A stretch of DNA of 64,000 nucleotides from an uncultured Clostridia bacterium (lineage in GTDB: Bacteria > Bacillota > Clostridia > Oscillospirales > JAAYOS01), in assembly GCA_947593925.1 (NCBI GenBank), contig CANQDU010000005.1:48571-112570 (forward strand), in the 5' to 3' direction. The translations under genes and the position numbers were made by a program. The notes beneath the pieces were generated by a model. It did no database searches and was not told where the DNA came from. It saw nothing but the letters and a program-made list of their open reading frames with translations. Shown here piece by piece: positions 27,436 to 36,229 of this stretch (within the stretch, counting starts at the first letter, position 1; every line of letters begins with the position of its first letter).

Positions 27436-28269
27436 ATGAGAGAGCTTGACAGCCGGCTGATAGCCGAGGCGGTCGCGGATATGTGCGTCCGCGCGAACAC
27501 CGTCCTGCCGGACGACGTGCGGGCGGCGCTCGACCTCGCCCGCCGGGACGAGGACGGCGAGGCGGCGCGCGGAATACTCGACACTATCATAGAAAACTAC
27601 CGCGCCGCCGGTCCCGTGCCCATCTGTCAGGATACCGGGCTCGCGTGCGTCTTTGTCGAGGTGGGGCAGGACGTCCACATCTCCGGCAGTCTTGCGGACG
27701 CGGTGAACGCCGGCGTCGCGAAGGGCTACACAGACGGATACCTCAGAAAGTCGGTCGTGCGCGACCCGCTCGACCGCGTGAACACCGGCGACAACACCCC
27801 CGCGCTCCTCTACACCGAGCTCGTCCCGGGCGACCGCGTGAAGATAACCGTCGCGCCGAAGGGCGCGGGCAGCGAGAACATGAGCCGCATAGCCATGCTC
27901 AAGCCCTCCGACGGCATCGGCGGCGTCCGTGATTTCGTGCTCGAGACGGTGCGCCTCGCGGGGCCTAACCCCTGCCCGCCGATAGTCGTCGGCGTCGGTA
28001 TAGGCGGGAACTTCGACAAGGCGGCGCTGCTCGCAAAGAGGGCGCTGCTCCGTCCCGTCGGCTCGCACAATCCGGCAGAGACGTACTCCGCTCTTGAAAG
28101 CGAGCTTCTCACGCTCATAAACTCGACCGGCATAGGGCCGCAGGGTCTCGGCGGGCGGACGACGGCGCTCGGCGTCAACATTGAGACGATGCCGACGCAC
28201 ATCGCGAGCCTCCCCTGCGCCGTGAACATCAACTGCCACGTCTCGAGACACGTCACGGAGGTGCTGTGA
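27436..28269 (+). CDS. Fe-S type hydro-lyase (class I fumarate/tartrate dehydratase), alpha subunit
   Basis: 277 aa: PICQDTGLACVFVEVGQDVHI, YLRKSVVRDPL, GIGGNFDKAALLAKRAL are class-I fumarase N-domain motifs. Confidence 0.9.
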   Translation: MRELDSRLIAEAVADMCVRANTVLPDDVRAALDLARRDEDGEAARGILDTIIENYRAAGPVPICQDTGLACVFVEVGQDVHISGSLADAVNAGVAKGYTDGYLRKSVVRDPLDRVNTGDNTPALLYTELVPGDRVKITVAPKGAGSENMSRIAMLKPSDGIGGVRDFVLETVRLAGPNPCPPIVVGVGIGGNFDKAALLAKRALLRPVGSHNPAETYSALESELLTLINSTGIGPQGLGGRTTALGVNIETMPTHIASLPCAVNINCHVSRHVTEVL

Positions 28270-28832
28270 TGACTTACGAGCTTACCGCCCCGCTCACGCG
28301 GGATGCCGCCGCGCGTCTCCGCGCTGGGGACAGCGTTCTGATAAGCGGCGTCATCTTTTCCGCGCGGGACGCCGCGCACAAGCGGCTCTGCGAGCTTCTT
28401 GACGCGGGAAAGCCGCTCCCTCTGCCTCTGGAGGGTTCGGTGATATACTACATGGGCCCGTCGCCCGCGCTTCCGGGCACGCCGATAGGCGCGGCGGGAC
28501 CGACGACGAGCTATCGTATGGACGCCTACGCGCCGCGCCTCCTCGCGCTCGGGAACCTCGGCATGATTGGCAAGGGCCGCCGCTCGCGCGAGGTCGTGGA
28601 AGCGATGAAGGAGGCGGGCGCGGTATACTTCGGCGCGACCGGCGGCGCAGGCGCGCTGCTCTCGCGGTGCATCACCTCCGCCGAAGTCGCCGCGTGGCCC
28701 GACCTCGGCGCGGAGGCGCTCATGCGCCTCGAGGTGAAGGACTTTCCCGCCGTCGTCGTCATAGATTCGCTCGGAAACGATTTGTACGACATCGGCCCGC
28801 GGCAGTACCACGAGAGGCACGGGGAAAAGTGA
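28269..28832 (+). CDS. Fe-S type hydro-lyase (class I fumarate/tartrate dehydratase), beta subunit
   Basis: 187 aa: GVIFSARDAAHKRL, YYMGPSP, TTSYRMD, MIGKGRRS. The ATG overlaps the alpha-subunit TGA (TGATG). Confidence 0.9.
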   Translation: MTYELTAPLTRDAAARLRAGDSVLISGVIFSARDAAHKRLCELLDAGKPLPLPLEGSVIYYMGPSPALPGTPIGAAGPTTSYRMDAYAPRLLALGNLGMIGKGRRSREVVEAMKEAGAVYFGATGGAGALLSRCITSAEVAAWPDLGAEALMRLEVKDFPAVVVIDSLGNDLYDIGPRQYHERHGEK

Positions 28833-28943
28833 GGCGGCGGAATTCCCGCCTCCGACCACTGAAACTGCGGTCAAATCTCGGTTCGGTGCAAAAACGTCCG
28901 GACGATAATTCGTCCGGACGTTTTTCGTGTTCTGTCAAAGTAT

Positions 28944-29933
28944 TCAGCCGACAAAGGGCACTACGCCTTCGACCGCCTTCGCCGCGTCGATGCGGGCGTC
29001 GCCGTTGTCCACGTCGATAAGGACGTACCGGTCGTTACCCATACCCATCTCCTTCATGTAGGAGAGTTGGCGGTAGCCGTGGCGGGACTCGATACGCTCG
29101 ATGAGGTCGTGGCGGTGCTCTTCGCTCATGGCGGCTATCATGTCCACGCTCGCCTGATCCGCCGCGAGGATGTCAACGCTTGCGAGTATCCCTACGTTGG
29201 GCGTCGTGACCGGCTCCGCGTCAACGCCCTCGCAGTCGCAGGAGACGGACATATTCCGCATCACGTTCACATACACTACATTCTGCCCGAAGTGATCTAT
29301 CGCGGCTTTAGTGGATTCCGTGATCTTTTCCATCAGTTCTTCCTCCACTACGCCCCAGTCGTCGCCGTTCTTGGCATGGATCATGCCTTTTCCGACCCGG
29401 CCGTCCGCACAGCCGATGCCGATGTTCTTATTCGAGCCGCCGAAGCCGCCCATGGTGTGACCCTTGAAGTGGGTGAGCGTCACCATGGAGTCATAGTCGG
29501 GCAGCGACTTGCCGACAGACATCTCCGTAAACCACTTGCCGCCCTTCACCGGGAGCATCACGGTACCGTGCTCGTCGGTGATGTCCACGGTGGTGAACTT
29601 CGTCCAACCGTTCACCTCCAGCGTCTTGCGGTGCTGTTCGGTGGTATAGCGGTCGCCCTCGTAGAAGGTGTTGGTCTCGATTATGGTCGCGTCGGGAAGC
29701 TCCTTCTCCATAAAGACCCTGACCCATTCCGGCGGGATAATGTTCGGGCCGTGGGGCTCGCCGGTATGGAGCTTTATCGCTACCTTGCCCCCGATGTGCT
29801 CCTTCACCCGGTCGTACACCTTTATCATGCCCTCCGGGGAAAGGTCTCTTGTAAAGTACACGATGCTCTCGTTCCCGGTGCGCTCCGCGTAGGGAACGTA
29901 GCGGCTGCCGTTCTTCTTCGTATCCTTTTCCAT
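28944..29933 (-). CDS. DUF362-domain protein
   Basis: 329 aa: VAIKLHTGEPHGPNIIPPEWV, IIETNTFYEGDRYT, THFKGHTMGGFGGSNKNIGIGC fit the DUF362 family. Confidence 0.75.
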   Translation of the reverse strand: MEKDTKKNGSRYVPYAERTGNESIVYFTRDLSPEGMIKVYDRVKEHIGGKVAIKLHTGEPHGPNIIPPEWVRVFMEKELPDATIIETNTFYEGDRYTTEQHRKTLEVNGWTKFTTVDITDEHGTVMLPVKGGKWFTEMSVGKSLPDYDSMVTLTHFKGHTMGGFGGSNKNIGIGCADGRVGKGMIHAKNGDDWGVVEEELMEKITESTKAAIDHFGQNVVYVNVMRNMSVSCDCEGVDAEPVTTPNVGILASVDILAADQASVDMIAAMSEEHRHDLIERIESRHGYRQLSYMKEMGMGNDRYVLIDVDNGDARIDAAKAVEGVVPFVG

Positions 29934-30045
29934 GATCTGCGCCTCTTTTCAATCGGTGTTGTTTGCGGTACATTTGAAGTCTACCACGATTACGGCTTCG
30001 GATATAGCACATCTGTTAGATTTTTGACCGAATCGTTTGCGGAAA

Positions 30046-30561
30046 TTACGGCAGTTCCGGCTCTACGTCATACTCCCCGTCGATGAGCAGTACCTCCTGG
30101 CCGCTCGCCCGGCATCGCTCCAAAACCCGATTGTTCTCCGCTGTCAGACGTTCCGCGGTGCAGTCGTCCTCCCCGCGGCGCTCGATGACGCTTGCATATT
30201 TTTGTATGCTGTCAAAGTGGCTTCGGATATACCGCTCGGTCATCACGAGGAAGATCGCTTTGATCTCCGGCAGATACCTCGCGTCGAAGTCCTTCCGCCA
30301 ATCGCAGGGGATGTAGCAGCCCTCTACTATAAGATTTTGCCCGTTCTCCACGGCGGTCTTTATCATCTCGCGGACTATAGGCCACAGGTACGCCGTCAGC
30401 GCGTCGTCGTCCGACTCGGGCGCGAGATGTGTGTTCCCCGAACGGATAAGCCCCATCTTCAGGTGGTCTATTGAGAGATAGGGATATTTGTACTTCTCGA
30501 GCAGGCTCTGCGCCAGCTTGGTCTTTCCCGTATGGGACGCTCCCGCTATCAGAATGATCAT
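30046..30561 (-). CDS. P-loop NTPase/kinase (2-phosphoglycerate-kinase-like)
   Basis: 171 aa from MIILIAGASHTGKTKLAQ (Walker A). ATG 30561 follows aaaggag. The upstream 85 codons of the track ORF lie in the repeat element and are rejected. Confidence 0.65.
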   Translation of the reverse strand: MIILIAGASHTGKTKLAQSLLEKYKYPYLSIDHLKMGLIRSGNTHLAPESDDDALTAYLWPIVREMIKTAVENGQNLIVEGCYIPCDWRKDFDARYLPEIKAIFLVMTERYIRSHFDSIQKYASVIERRGEDDCTAERLTAENNRVLERCRASGQEVLLIDGEYDVEPELP

Positions 30562-30688
30562 ATCCCACTCCTTTGTTGTGCTACTGTCGGGCAAGTATCG
30601 GCAACGCCCCGTGCCGGCACCCTCGGAATAAATGCGCTCGGATAGAAGCTGCTCAAAGTCGGGCAATATTCGCGGAGCGAATATTGCA

Positions 30689-31016
30689 GGCGAGGGCAGT
30701 AAAATGTCGGATGAGGAATGATTGCGTGCCCTCGCGACTTCCGCGCCTGTTCGCGCGGTGAAGTTGGCGGCAAAGCCGCCAACTTCGCGCAGGGGCAATT
30801 CATTTGCCCCGAGCATTTTAATCTAAGGGGTCCCCAAACGGTTCCAACGGAACCGTAGAACCGTACTTCCGCGCCGGTTCGCGCGGTTGAAGTTAGCGGC
30901 ACAGCCGCTAACTTCGCGCAGCCGGAATTCATTTCCGGCGAGCATTTTAATTTAAGAGCACCAAACGGCCTCCCGGCCGTTTGGTGCGGCGGAGCGCCGC
31001 CGAAGGCGGCGCGGAG
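30689..31016. repeat. Modular multi-hairpin repeat, two tandem units in reverse orientation
   Basis: H4' ccgcgcctgttcgcgcgg, H3' gttggcggcaaagccgccaac, H2' ggggcaattcatttgcccc, H1' ccccaaacgg..; second unit cgcgccggttcgcgcgg, gttagcggcacagccgctaac, gccggaattcatttccggc, caccaaacggcctcccggccgtttggtg. Confidence 0.85.
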
Positions 31017-31053
31017 CCCAACAAAAAAGGCAGCCTGCGGCTGTCTTTTTTGT

Positions 31054-31127
31054 TGGAGCGGGCGAAGGGAGTCGAACCCTCCTCTAAAGCTTGGGAAGCT
31101 CTCGTTCTACCGATGAACTACGCCCGC
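31054..31127 (-). tRNA. tRNA-Gly (anticodon CCC)
   Basis: Hand-folded 74 nt: acceptor GCGGGCG/CGCCCGC, anticodon arm AGAGC-TTCCCAA-GCTTT, T-arm GAGGG-TTCGACT-CCCTT, encoded CCA. A T-rich hairpin (31024-31053) lies just downstream. Confidence 0.9.
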
Positions 31128-31315
31128 ATATTCACCCCCGGGCGGCGCTCCGCCCTCCGTGGGACTATCATTATAACCCAATTGAGCCGCAAATGCAAGA
31201 CCCCGCCGAGAAAAATTTTCTTCGGGCGTTGCGTCCCGCCGAAAAACAGTGTATTATTAAGTTAGATTTATTCCTCTTTTACGGCTTTCGGGCGCTGCCC
31301 GGGAAAGGCGGACGT

Positions 31316-31975
31316 ATGCTCATCTCCCCCTCGATACTCGCGGCCGATTTCGCAAACCTCGCCCGCGACGCCGCGCTCGCCGCCGAGGGCGGCGCGGACC
31401 TCCTGCACGTAGACGTCATGGACGGGCACTTCGTTCCGAACATCACCGTCGGCGTCCCGGTCGTGAGGAGCCTCGCGAAGGCCGTCGCGCTCCCGCTCGA
31501 CGTCCACCTCATGATAGACGATCCCGCGCGCTACGCGGAGGAATTCTGCCGGGCGGGCGCGTCCGTACTTACGATACACTTCGAGTCGCCCTCGTCGGCT
31601 TCCCCCGCCGATACGCTCCGCGCCGTCCGCGCGTTCGGCGTCCGTGCGGGTCTCTCGATAAAACCCGCGACGCCGGTGGAGGCAGTCCGCGAGCTGCTGC
31701 CGCTCTGCGACCTCCTGCTCGTGATGACGGTCGAGCCCGGCTTCGGGGGGCAGAAGTTCCTCCCCGGCAGTCTTGAGCGGATAGCCGAGGCGCGGCGGCT
31801 TATCGACGCCGCAAATTCCTCCTGCCTTCTCGAGATAGACGGCGGGGTGGACGAGACGAACGTCCTCGCCTGCGCCGAGGCCGGCACGGACGTCGCGGTC
31901 ATGGGAAGCGCGGTGTTCCGCGGCGACCCGCGCGAGCGCCTCGCGCGCATACGAAGCGCCCTCGGCGCGGAGTGA
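31316..31975 (+). CDS. rpe: Ribulose-phosphate 3-epimerase
   Basis: 219 aa: ISPSILAADFANL, HVDVMDGHFVPNIT, DVHLMI, VMTVEPGFGGQKF, EIDGGV. Confidence 0.9.
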   Translation: MLISPSILAADFANLARDAALAAEGGADLLHVDVMDGHFVPNITVGVPVVRSLAKAVALPLDVHLMIDDPARYAEEFCRAGASVLTIHFESPSSASPADTLRAVRAFGVRAGLSIKPATPVEAVRELLPLCDLLLVMTVEPGFGGQKFLPGSLERIAEARRLIDAANSSCLLEIDGGVDETNVLACAEAGTDVAVMGSAVFRGDPRERLARIRSALGAE

Positions 31976-32073
31976 GCAAGCGCCGCCGCGCGGCGACGCT
32001 TCAGCGCTTCGCCGGTGGGCATGTAAATTCGGACGGCGGCGTTCGCTTTTTCGCTGAAATGTAAGATTTTCCC

Positions 32074-32101
32074 TTGACAAATCCGCGCCGAATGATAAAA
32101 T
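32074..32101 (+). promoter_or_regulatory. Promoter of the tandem nucleotidyltransferase genes
   Basis: TTGACA (32074-32079), 16 nt, TAAAAT (32096-32101), 61 nt before the ATG. Confidence 0.6.
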
Positions 32102-32162
32102 AAACTCAATCAAACAGGCCAATACGTTAACAAATCAACGTGATTATAAAGGAGATGCAGCT

Positions 32163-33068
32163 ATGAAAAAACCGGTTCTTGTCGTTATGGCGGCGGGCAT
32201 GGCGAGCCGCTACGGCGGCGCGAAGCAGGTCGCCCCGGTTGACCCGGAGGGGCACGTCCTGCTTGACTTCTCGGTCTACGACGCTCACCGCGCCGGCTTC
32301 GACGAGGTCATCTTCATCATCCGGGAGAGCCTTCAGCGCGACTTTGACGACGATATCTGCCCCAACATAGACCCGTATATGACGACGAAGCTCGTCTATC
32401 AGCGCCTCACCGACCTGCCGGAGGGCTTCACCGTGCCGGAGGGGCGCACAAAGCCGTGGGGCACCACCCACGCCGTCCTCTGCGCGGAGGAGGCGATAGA
32501 CGGCAGGCCGTTCGCTGTCCTCAATGCGGACGACTTCTACGGGCTCGGCGCGTTCGAGGCAATATACCGCTTCCTCACCGAAAACGACGACCCCAAGGCG
32601 CATGCCCTCGCGGGCTATCACGTCGAGAACACCCTCAGCGACAACGGCACCGTCACCCGCGGCGTCTGCGATGTGGACGGCAGCACCCTCGTGGAGTGCC
32701 ACGAGCGCTACGGCATCTACCCCGTGGAGGGCGGCGCGAAGGACAGGGACGGGCGCTTCTTCCCGACCGGCACCTTCGTCTCGATGAACTTCTGGGGCTT
32801 CAAGCCCGGCATCTTTGAATATCTCAGGCGCGACTTCACGCGCTTCCTCGGCACCGAGGCGAAGGCCGACCCGATGAAGAGCGAGTCGCTGCTGCCGAAC
32901 ACCCCGTCCGAGCTCATTGAGTCCGGCGAGGCGAAGTTTACCGTCCTTCCGGTGAGCGAGACGTGGTCCGGCATCACCTACAAGGAGGACATGCCGGGAG
33001 TGCAGGCGCGCATTGCCGCCCTCAAGGCCGAGGGCAGGTACCCGCGCTTCCTGTGGAAAAAGGCGTAA
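32163..33068 (+). CDS. Sugar-phosphate nucleotidyltransferase (NTP_transferase fold), paralog 1
   Basis: 301 aa: VVMAAGMASRYGGAKQ (G-rich NTP loop), KPWGTTHAVL, VLNADDFYG. Confidence 0.75.
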   Translation: MKKPVLVVMAAGMASRYGGAKQVAPVDPEGHVLLDFSVYDAHRAGFDEVIFIIRESLQRDFDDDICPNIDPYMTTKLVYQRLTDLPEGFTVPEGRTKPWGTTHAVLCAEEAIDGRPFAVLNADDFYGLGAFEAIYRFLTENDDPKAHALAGYHVENTLSDNGTVTRGVCDVDGSTLVECHERYGIYPVEGGAKDRDGRFFPTGTFVSMNFWGFKPGIFEYLRRDFTRFLGTEAKADPMKSESLLPNTPSELIESGEAKFTVLPVSETWSGITYKEDMPGVQARIAALKAEGRYPRFLWKKA

Positions 33069-33091
33069 ACAGCGCGGAAGGAGCATTTTCT

Positions 33092-33991
33092 ATGGCAAAG
33101 CCGGTCCTTGTCGTCATGGCCGCCGGAATGGCGAGCCGCTACGGCGGCACAAAGCAGAGCGCGCCGATAGACCCCGAGGGGCAGGTCATACTCGACTACT
33201 CGGTATATGACGCCTGCCGCGCGGGCTTCGGCGAGGCGGTCTTCGTGATACGCGAGAGCCTGCGCCGCGACTTTGAGGAGCACATCTGCCCGCGCATGGA
33301 GCCGCATATAAAGACGACGCTCGTGTACCAGAGCCTCGACGGTCTGCCGGAGGGTTATTCCGTCCCGGAGGGGCGGACAAAGCCGTGGGGGACGGGTCAC
33401 GCCGTCCTCACCGCGCGGGATGCCGTCGGCGACAGGCCGTTTGCCGTCCTCAACGCGGACGACTTCTACGGAGCGGGCGCGTTCCGCGCGATACACGACT
33501 TTCTTGTGTCAAACTCCGACCCGCGCGCCCACGCGATGGCCGGCTACCGCATAGAAAATACGCTGAGCGAGAACGGCACCGTCTCCCGCGGCGTCTGCGA
33601 GACGCGGGGCGGGATGCTCCTCCGCTGTACCGAACGCCTCGGGCTCCGTCCGGCGGACGGCGGCGCGGAGGACGGCGAGGGACGCTTCTTCCCCGCCGGT
33701 TCCTACGTCTCGATGAACTTCTGGGGCTTCAAGCCCTCGATATTCCCGGCGCTCGAGCGCGACTTCCGCCGCTTCCTTGACACCAAGGCGAAGACCGACC
33801 CGATGAAGGCCGAGTGCTTCCTGCCGGACACGCCGTCCGGGCTCATCGCCTCCGGCGAGGCGAGCGTGGCGGTCCTCCCGACCGACGAGGTGTGGTCGGG
33901 CGTGACCTACCGTGAGGATATGCCGGGTCTTCAGGCGCGCATCGCCGCGCTCAAGGCCGAGGGGAAGTACCCCGCAAAACTCTGGGAATAA
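33092..33991 (+). CDS. Sugar-phosphate nucleotidyltransferase, paralog 2
   Basis: 299 aa, roughly two-thirds identical to the upstream gene over its full length. ATG 33092 follows ggaaggag. Confidence 0.75.
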   Translation: MAKPVLVVMAAGMASRYGGTKQSAPIDPEGQVILDYSVYDACRAGFGEAVFVIRESLRRDFEEHICPRMEPHIKTTLVYQSLDGLPEGYSVPEGRTKPWGTGHAVLTARDAVGDRPFAVLNADDFYGAGAFRAIHDFLVSNSDPRAHAMAGYRIENTLSENGTVSRGVCETRGGMLLRCTERLGLRPADGGAEDGEGRFFPAGSYVSMNFWGFKPSIFPALERDFRRFLDTKAKTDPMKAECFLPDTPSGLIASGEASVAVLPTDEVWSGVTYREDMPGLQARIAALKAEGKYPAKLWE

Positions 33992-34023
33992 CTCAATACT
34001 TCGCGGCAATCACCAAGCGAAAC

Positions 34024-34058
34024 GCGGCGGCACGGGAATTCGTGCCGCCGCTGTTTTC
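34024..34058 (+). terminator. Intrinsic terminator after nucleotidyltransferase 2
   Basis: GCGGCGGCACG ggaatt CGTGCCGCCGC then TGTTTTCTG. Confidence 0.75.
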
Positions 34059-34084
34059 TGCCCGCACTATTTCCCGCAAAATTT

Positions 34085-34110
34085 TGAACCTTTCGCCTTT
34101 CCCGCTCGTC
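34085..34110 (+). promoter_or_regulatory. ECF-type promoter (TGAACC-N16-CGTC) upstream of the sigma-factor gene
   Basis: TGAACC 34085-34090, 16-nt spacer, CGTC 34107-34110. Matches the AAC/CGT architecture of ECF promoters such as B. subtilis SigW TGAAAC-N16-CGTA. Confidence 0.55.
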
Positions 34111-34160
34111 TATATAGGCGGAACCGGTTTCAAGTCATTACACGGAGAGGGGGTGACGGT

Positions 34161-35441
34161 ACGGACGAATTTGAAAAGCTGCTCGAGGCGGAGAGGCCGT
34201 CGGTCGAGAGATTTGTGCGCTTCAGGATAGATTCAAAGGCGGACGCGGACGACGTTCTCCAGGAAGTCTACCTTGCGGCCTACCTGAACTTTCCGCGCCT
34301 GCGGGACAGGAGCGCGTTCAAGGCGTGGCTTGTGAGCATAGCCGCGAACAAGTGCCGGGACTTCTTCCGGCGGCAGGCGTCCCGCGCGGAGACGCCGCTC
34401 GATACACTCGAGGCAATTCCCGCGTCCGGCGGAGTGCCGGATACGGACGGAGCTTCGGAGGCGGACGCCGTCCGCGAGACTATGGCGCTCCTCCGCGACC
34501 GCGACCGGCAGATACTCCGCCTCTACTTCTGGGAGGAGCTGCCGCAGGCATCGATAGCGCGGCGGCTCGGCATCCCGCTGGGGACGGTCAAGAGCCGCCT
34601 GCACACGGCAAAGCGAAGCTTCCGGGAGAAGTATCCGTACCGCACCGGCAGAACGAAAGGAGAACGCAGAATGACAAAGCTTCCCGAATTTTTGCCCGAA
34701 TACAGCATATCAGAGATAAATGAGCCGCCGTTTGGCGTCAAATGGGAGGAGCTGATGGGCTGGTTCCTCGTCCCGAAGCTCGGCGAGAAGCTGAACTGGG
34801 CTATCTACGACTATCCGTCGCGGCGCATGACCGAGCGCTTCGAGATGAAGGTCACGGGGCGCGCGCGTGTGCACGGCATAGAGGGCGTGGAAATATCCTC
34901 CCGCGAGACCCCGACGGCGGAGGGCGGCGAGACGGTGGAGCGGACGTTCGTAGCGCAGCTCACCGACACCCACTGCCGCTATCTCGCGACGCGGTGGAGC
35001 GAGGGCGGAGTCGCAAACTACGCTACCTTCCTCGACGCGGACGAATTCCTGCCGAACTGGGGCTTCGGTGAGGACAACTGCGGCAACGAGACAAACCCCG
35101 TGCCTAAGGGCGACATCCGCCGCGAGGGGTCGGTCGTCACGACGGCGGCAAAGCCGTTTCTGCTCGACGTCGTCGGAAGGTACGCCGTCACGATAGCCGG
35201 GAAGACCTACGACACGATATGCGTCATGGACGTGGAGACCTACGACGAAGGCGTGGCGTCCGAGCAGTTCCTTGACCGCGGCGGCCGGACGGTGCTCTGG
35301 CGCCGCTTCAACCGCGACGACTGGGCTCTGGACCGCTACGGCAAGCGCTGGAGCGAGCTGCTGCCCGAGAGCGAGCGCCTCACGATAAACGGCAAGACCT
35401 ACGTCCACTGGTATGACTGCATAACGGAGCACATACTGTAA
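34161..35441 (+). CDS. ECF-type sigma-70 family sigma factor fused in frame to a ~257-aa soluble C-terminal domain (5' end unresolved)
   Basis: Region 2 DDVLQEVYLAAYLNFPRLRDRSAFKAWLVSIAANKCRDFFRR, region 4 ILRLYFWEELPQASIARRLGIPLGTVKSRLHTAKRSF, no stop before MTKLPEF.. (ATG 34671). No in-frame ATG/GTG/TTG between the promoter and region 2; 34161 is an in-frame ACG 7 nt after ggagaggggg. Confidence 0.6.
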   Translation, partial: TDEFEKLLEAERPSVERFVRFRIDSKADADDVLQEVYLAAYLNFPRLRDRSAFKAWLVSIAANKCRDFFRRQASRAETPLDTLEAIPASGGVPDTDGASEADAVRETMALLRDRDRQILRLYFWEELPQASIARRLGIPLGTVKSRLHTAKRSFREKYPYRTGRTKGERRMTKLPEFLPEYSISEINEPPFGVKWEELMGWFLVPKLGEKLNWAIYDYPSRRMTERFEMKVTGRARVHGIEGVEISSRETPTAEGGETVERTFVAQLTDTHCRYLATRWSEGGVANYATFLDADEFLPNWGFGEDNCGNETNPVPKGDIRREGSVVTTAAKPFLLDVVGRYAVTIAGKTYDTICVMDVETYDEGVASEQFLDRGGRTVLWRRFNRDDWALDRYGKRWSELLPESERLTINGKTYVHWYDCITEHIL

Positions 35442-35450
35442 AAGCGCGAC

Positions 35451-35488
35451 AAAGCGGCGGCACGGAACTCCGTGCCGCCGCTTTGTCA
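35451..35488 (+). terminator. Intrinsic terminator after the sigma-fusion gene
   Basis: AAAGCGGCGGCACGG aact CCGTGCCGCCGCTTT then GTC. The stem core is identical to the terminator at 34024. Confidence 0.65.
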
Positions 35489-35498
35489 TGAATGTTTT

Positions 35499-35672
35499 GT
35501 AAGCCTCGCAGAGTTTCGCCGCCGCAGGCGGCGAAATATGTTCAGATCCGCTTTTCCCGACGACATGCGAGTCGGGAAAAACTCTTTGCACGGAGCGAAG
35601 CGGAGGGTTCTCGGCGCAAAATGGTGCGCAGCGAAGCGAGCACGTTTTGCGCCGACGCGCCAGCGAATTTTC
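35499..35672. repeat. Modular hairpin repeat, partial copy
   Basis: aagcctcgcagagtttcgccgccgcaggcggcgaaat is the reverse complement of module M7 at 27122-27158, followed by further hairpins (ttttcccgac..gtcgggaaaa). Confidence 0.7.
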
Positions 35673-35678
35673 CGCGAC

Positions 35679-36110
35679 TTAGTCCTCCGGAACCTCCTCG
35701 TCGTGATCCTCGAGCTCGCCGACTATCGGCACCGGGTCGATGCCCTGGCGGCGGTAATAGTCGCTTATCGCGGCGCGTATCGCCTGCTCGGCGAGCACCG
35801 AGCAGTGTACCTTGACGGCCGGAAGCCCGTCCAGAGCCTCCATGACCGCCTTATTCGTGAGCGCGAGCGCCTCCTGTATGGTCGCGCCCTTGACGAGCTC
35901 GGTCGCCATCGAGGACGTAGCTATCGCCGCGCCGCAGCCGAAGGTCTTGAACTTGACGTCAACGATGACGTCGTTCTCGATCTTCAGCATCATCTGCATT
36001 ATGTCGCCGCACTTCGGGTTGCCGACGGTGCCGACGGCGTTCGCGTCCGGCAGTTCGCCGACGTTGCGCGGGTGCGCGAAGTGATCCATGACCTTTTCGG
36101 AATAGAGCAT
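35679..36110 (-). CDS. nifU: Fe-S cluster assembly scaffold NifU/IscU
   Basis: 143 aa: HFAHPRNVG, NPKCGDIMQMMLK, FKTFGCGAAIATSS, KVHCSVLAEQA (three conserved Cys). Confidence 0.9.
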   Translation of the reverse strand: MLYSEKVMDHFAHPRNVGELPDANAVGTVGNPKCGDIMQMMLKIENDVIVDVKFKTFGCGAAIATSSMATELVKGATIQEALALTNKAVMEALDGLPAVKVHCSVLAEQAIRAAISDYYRRQGIDPVPIVGELEDHDEEVPED

Positions 36111-36229
36111 AGTGTTCTCCTTTCTCTCGACTGCCGCGAAAGCTCTCTGCGGACGGTGCGTGTCCGCGCCGCTCTCGCGGATATTATATTACGAACGGTA
36201 TATATCCAGACGTGTATGACAAAAAGTAT

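Noticed and set aside
33912-34160. GTG 33912 as the start of the sigma-factor gene (as in the track ORF)
   Set aside because: It would overlap the preceding gene by 80 nt and read through that gene's terminator hairpin and the sigma gene's own ECF-type promoter. The encoded 80 extra residues are Arg/Pro-rich junk.
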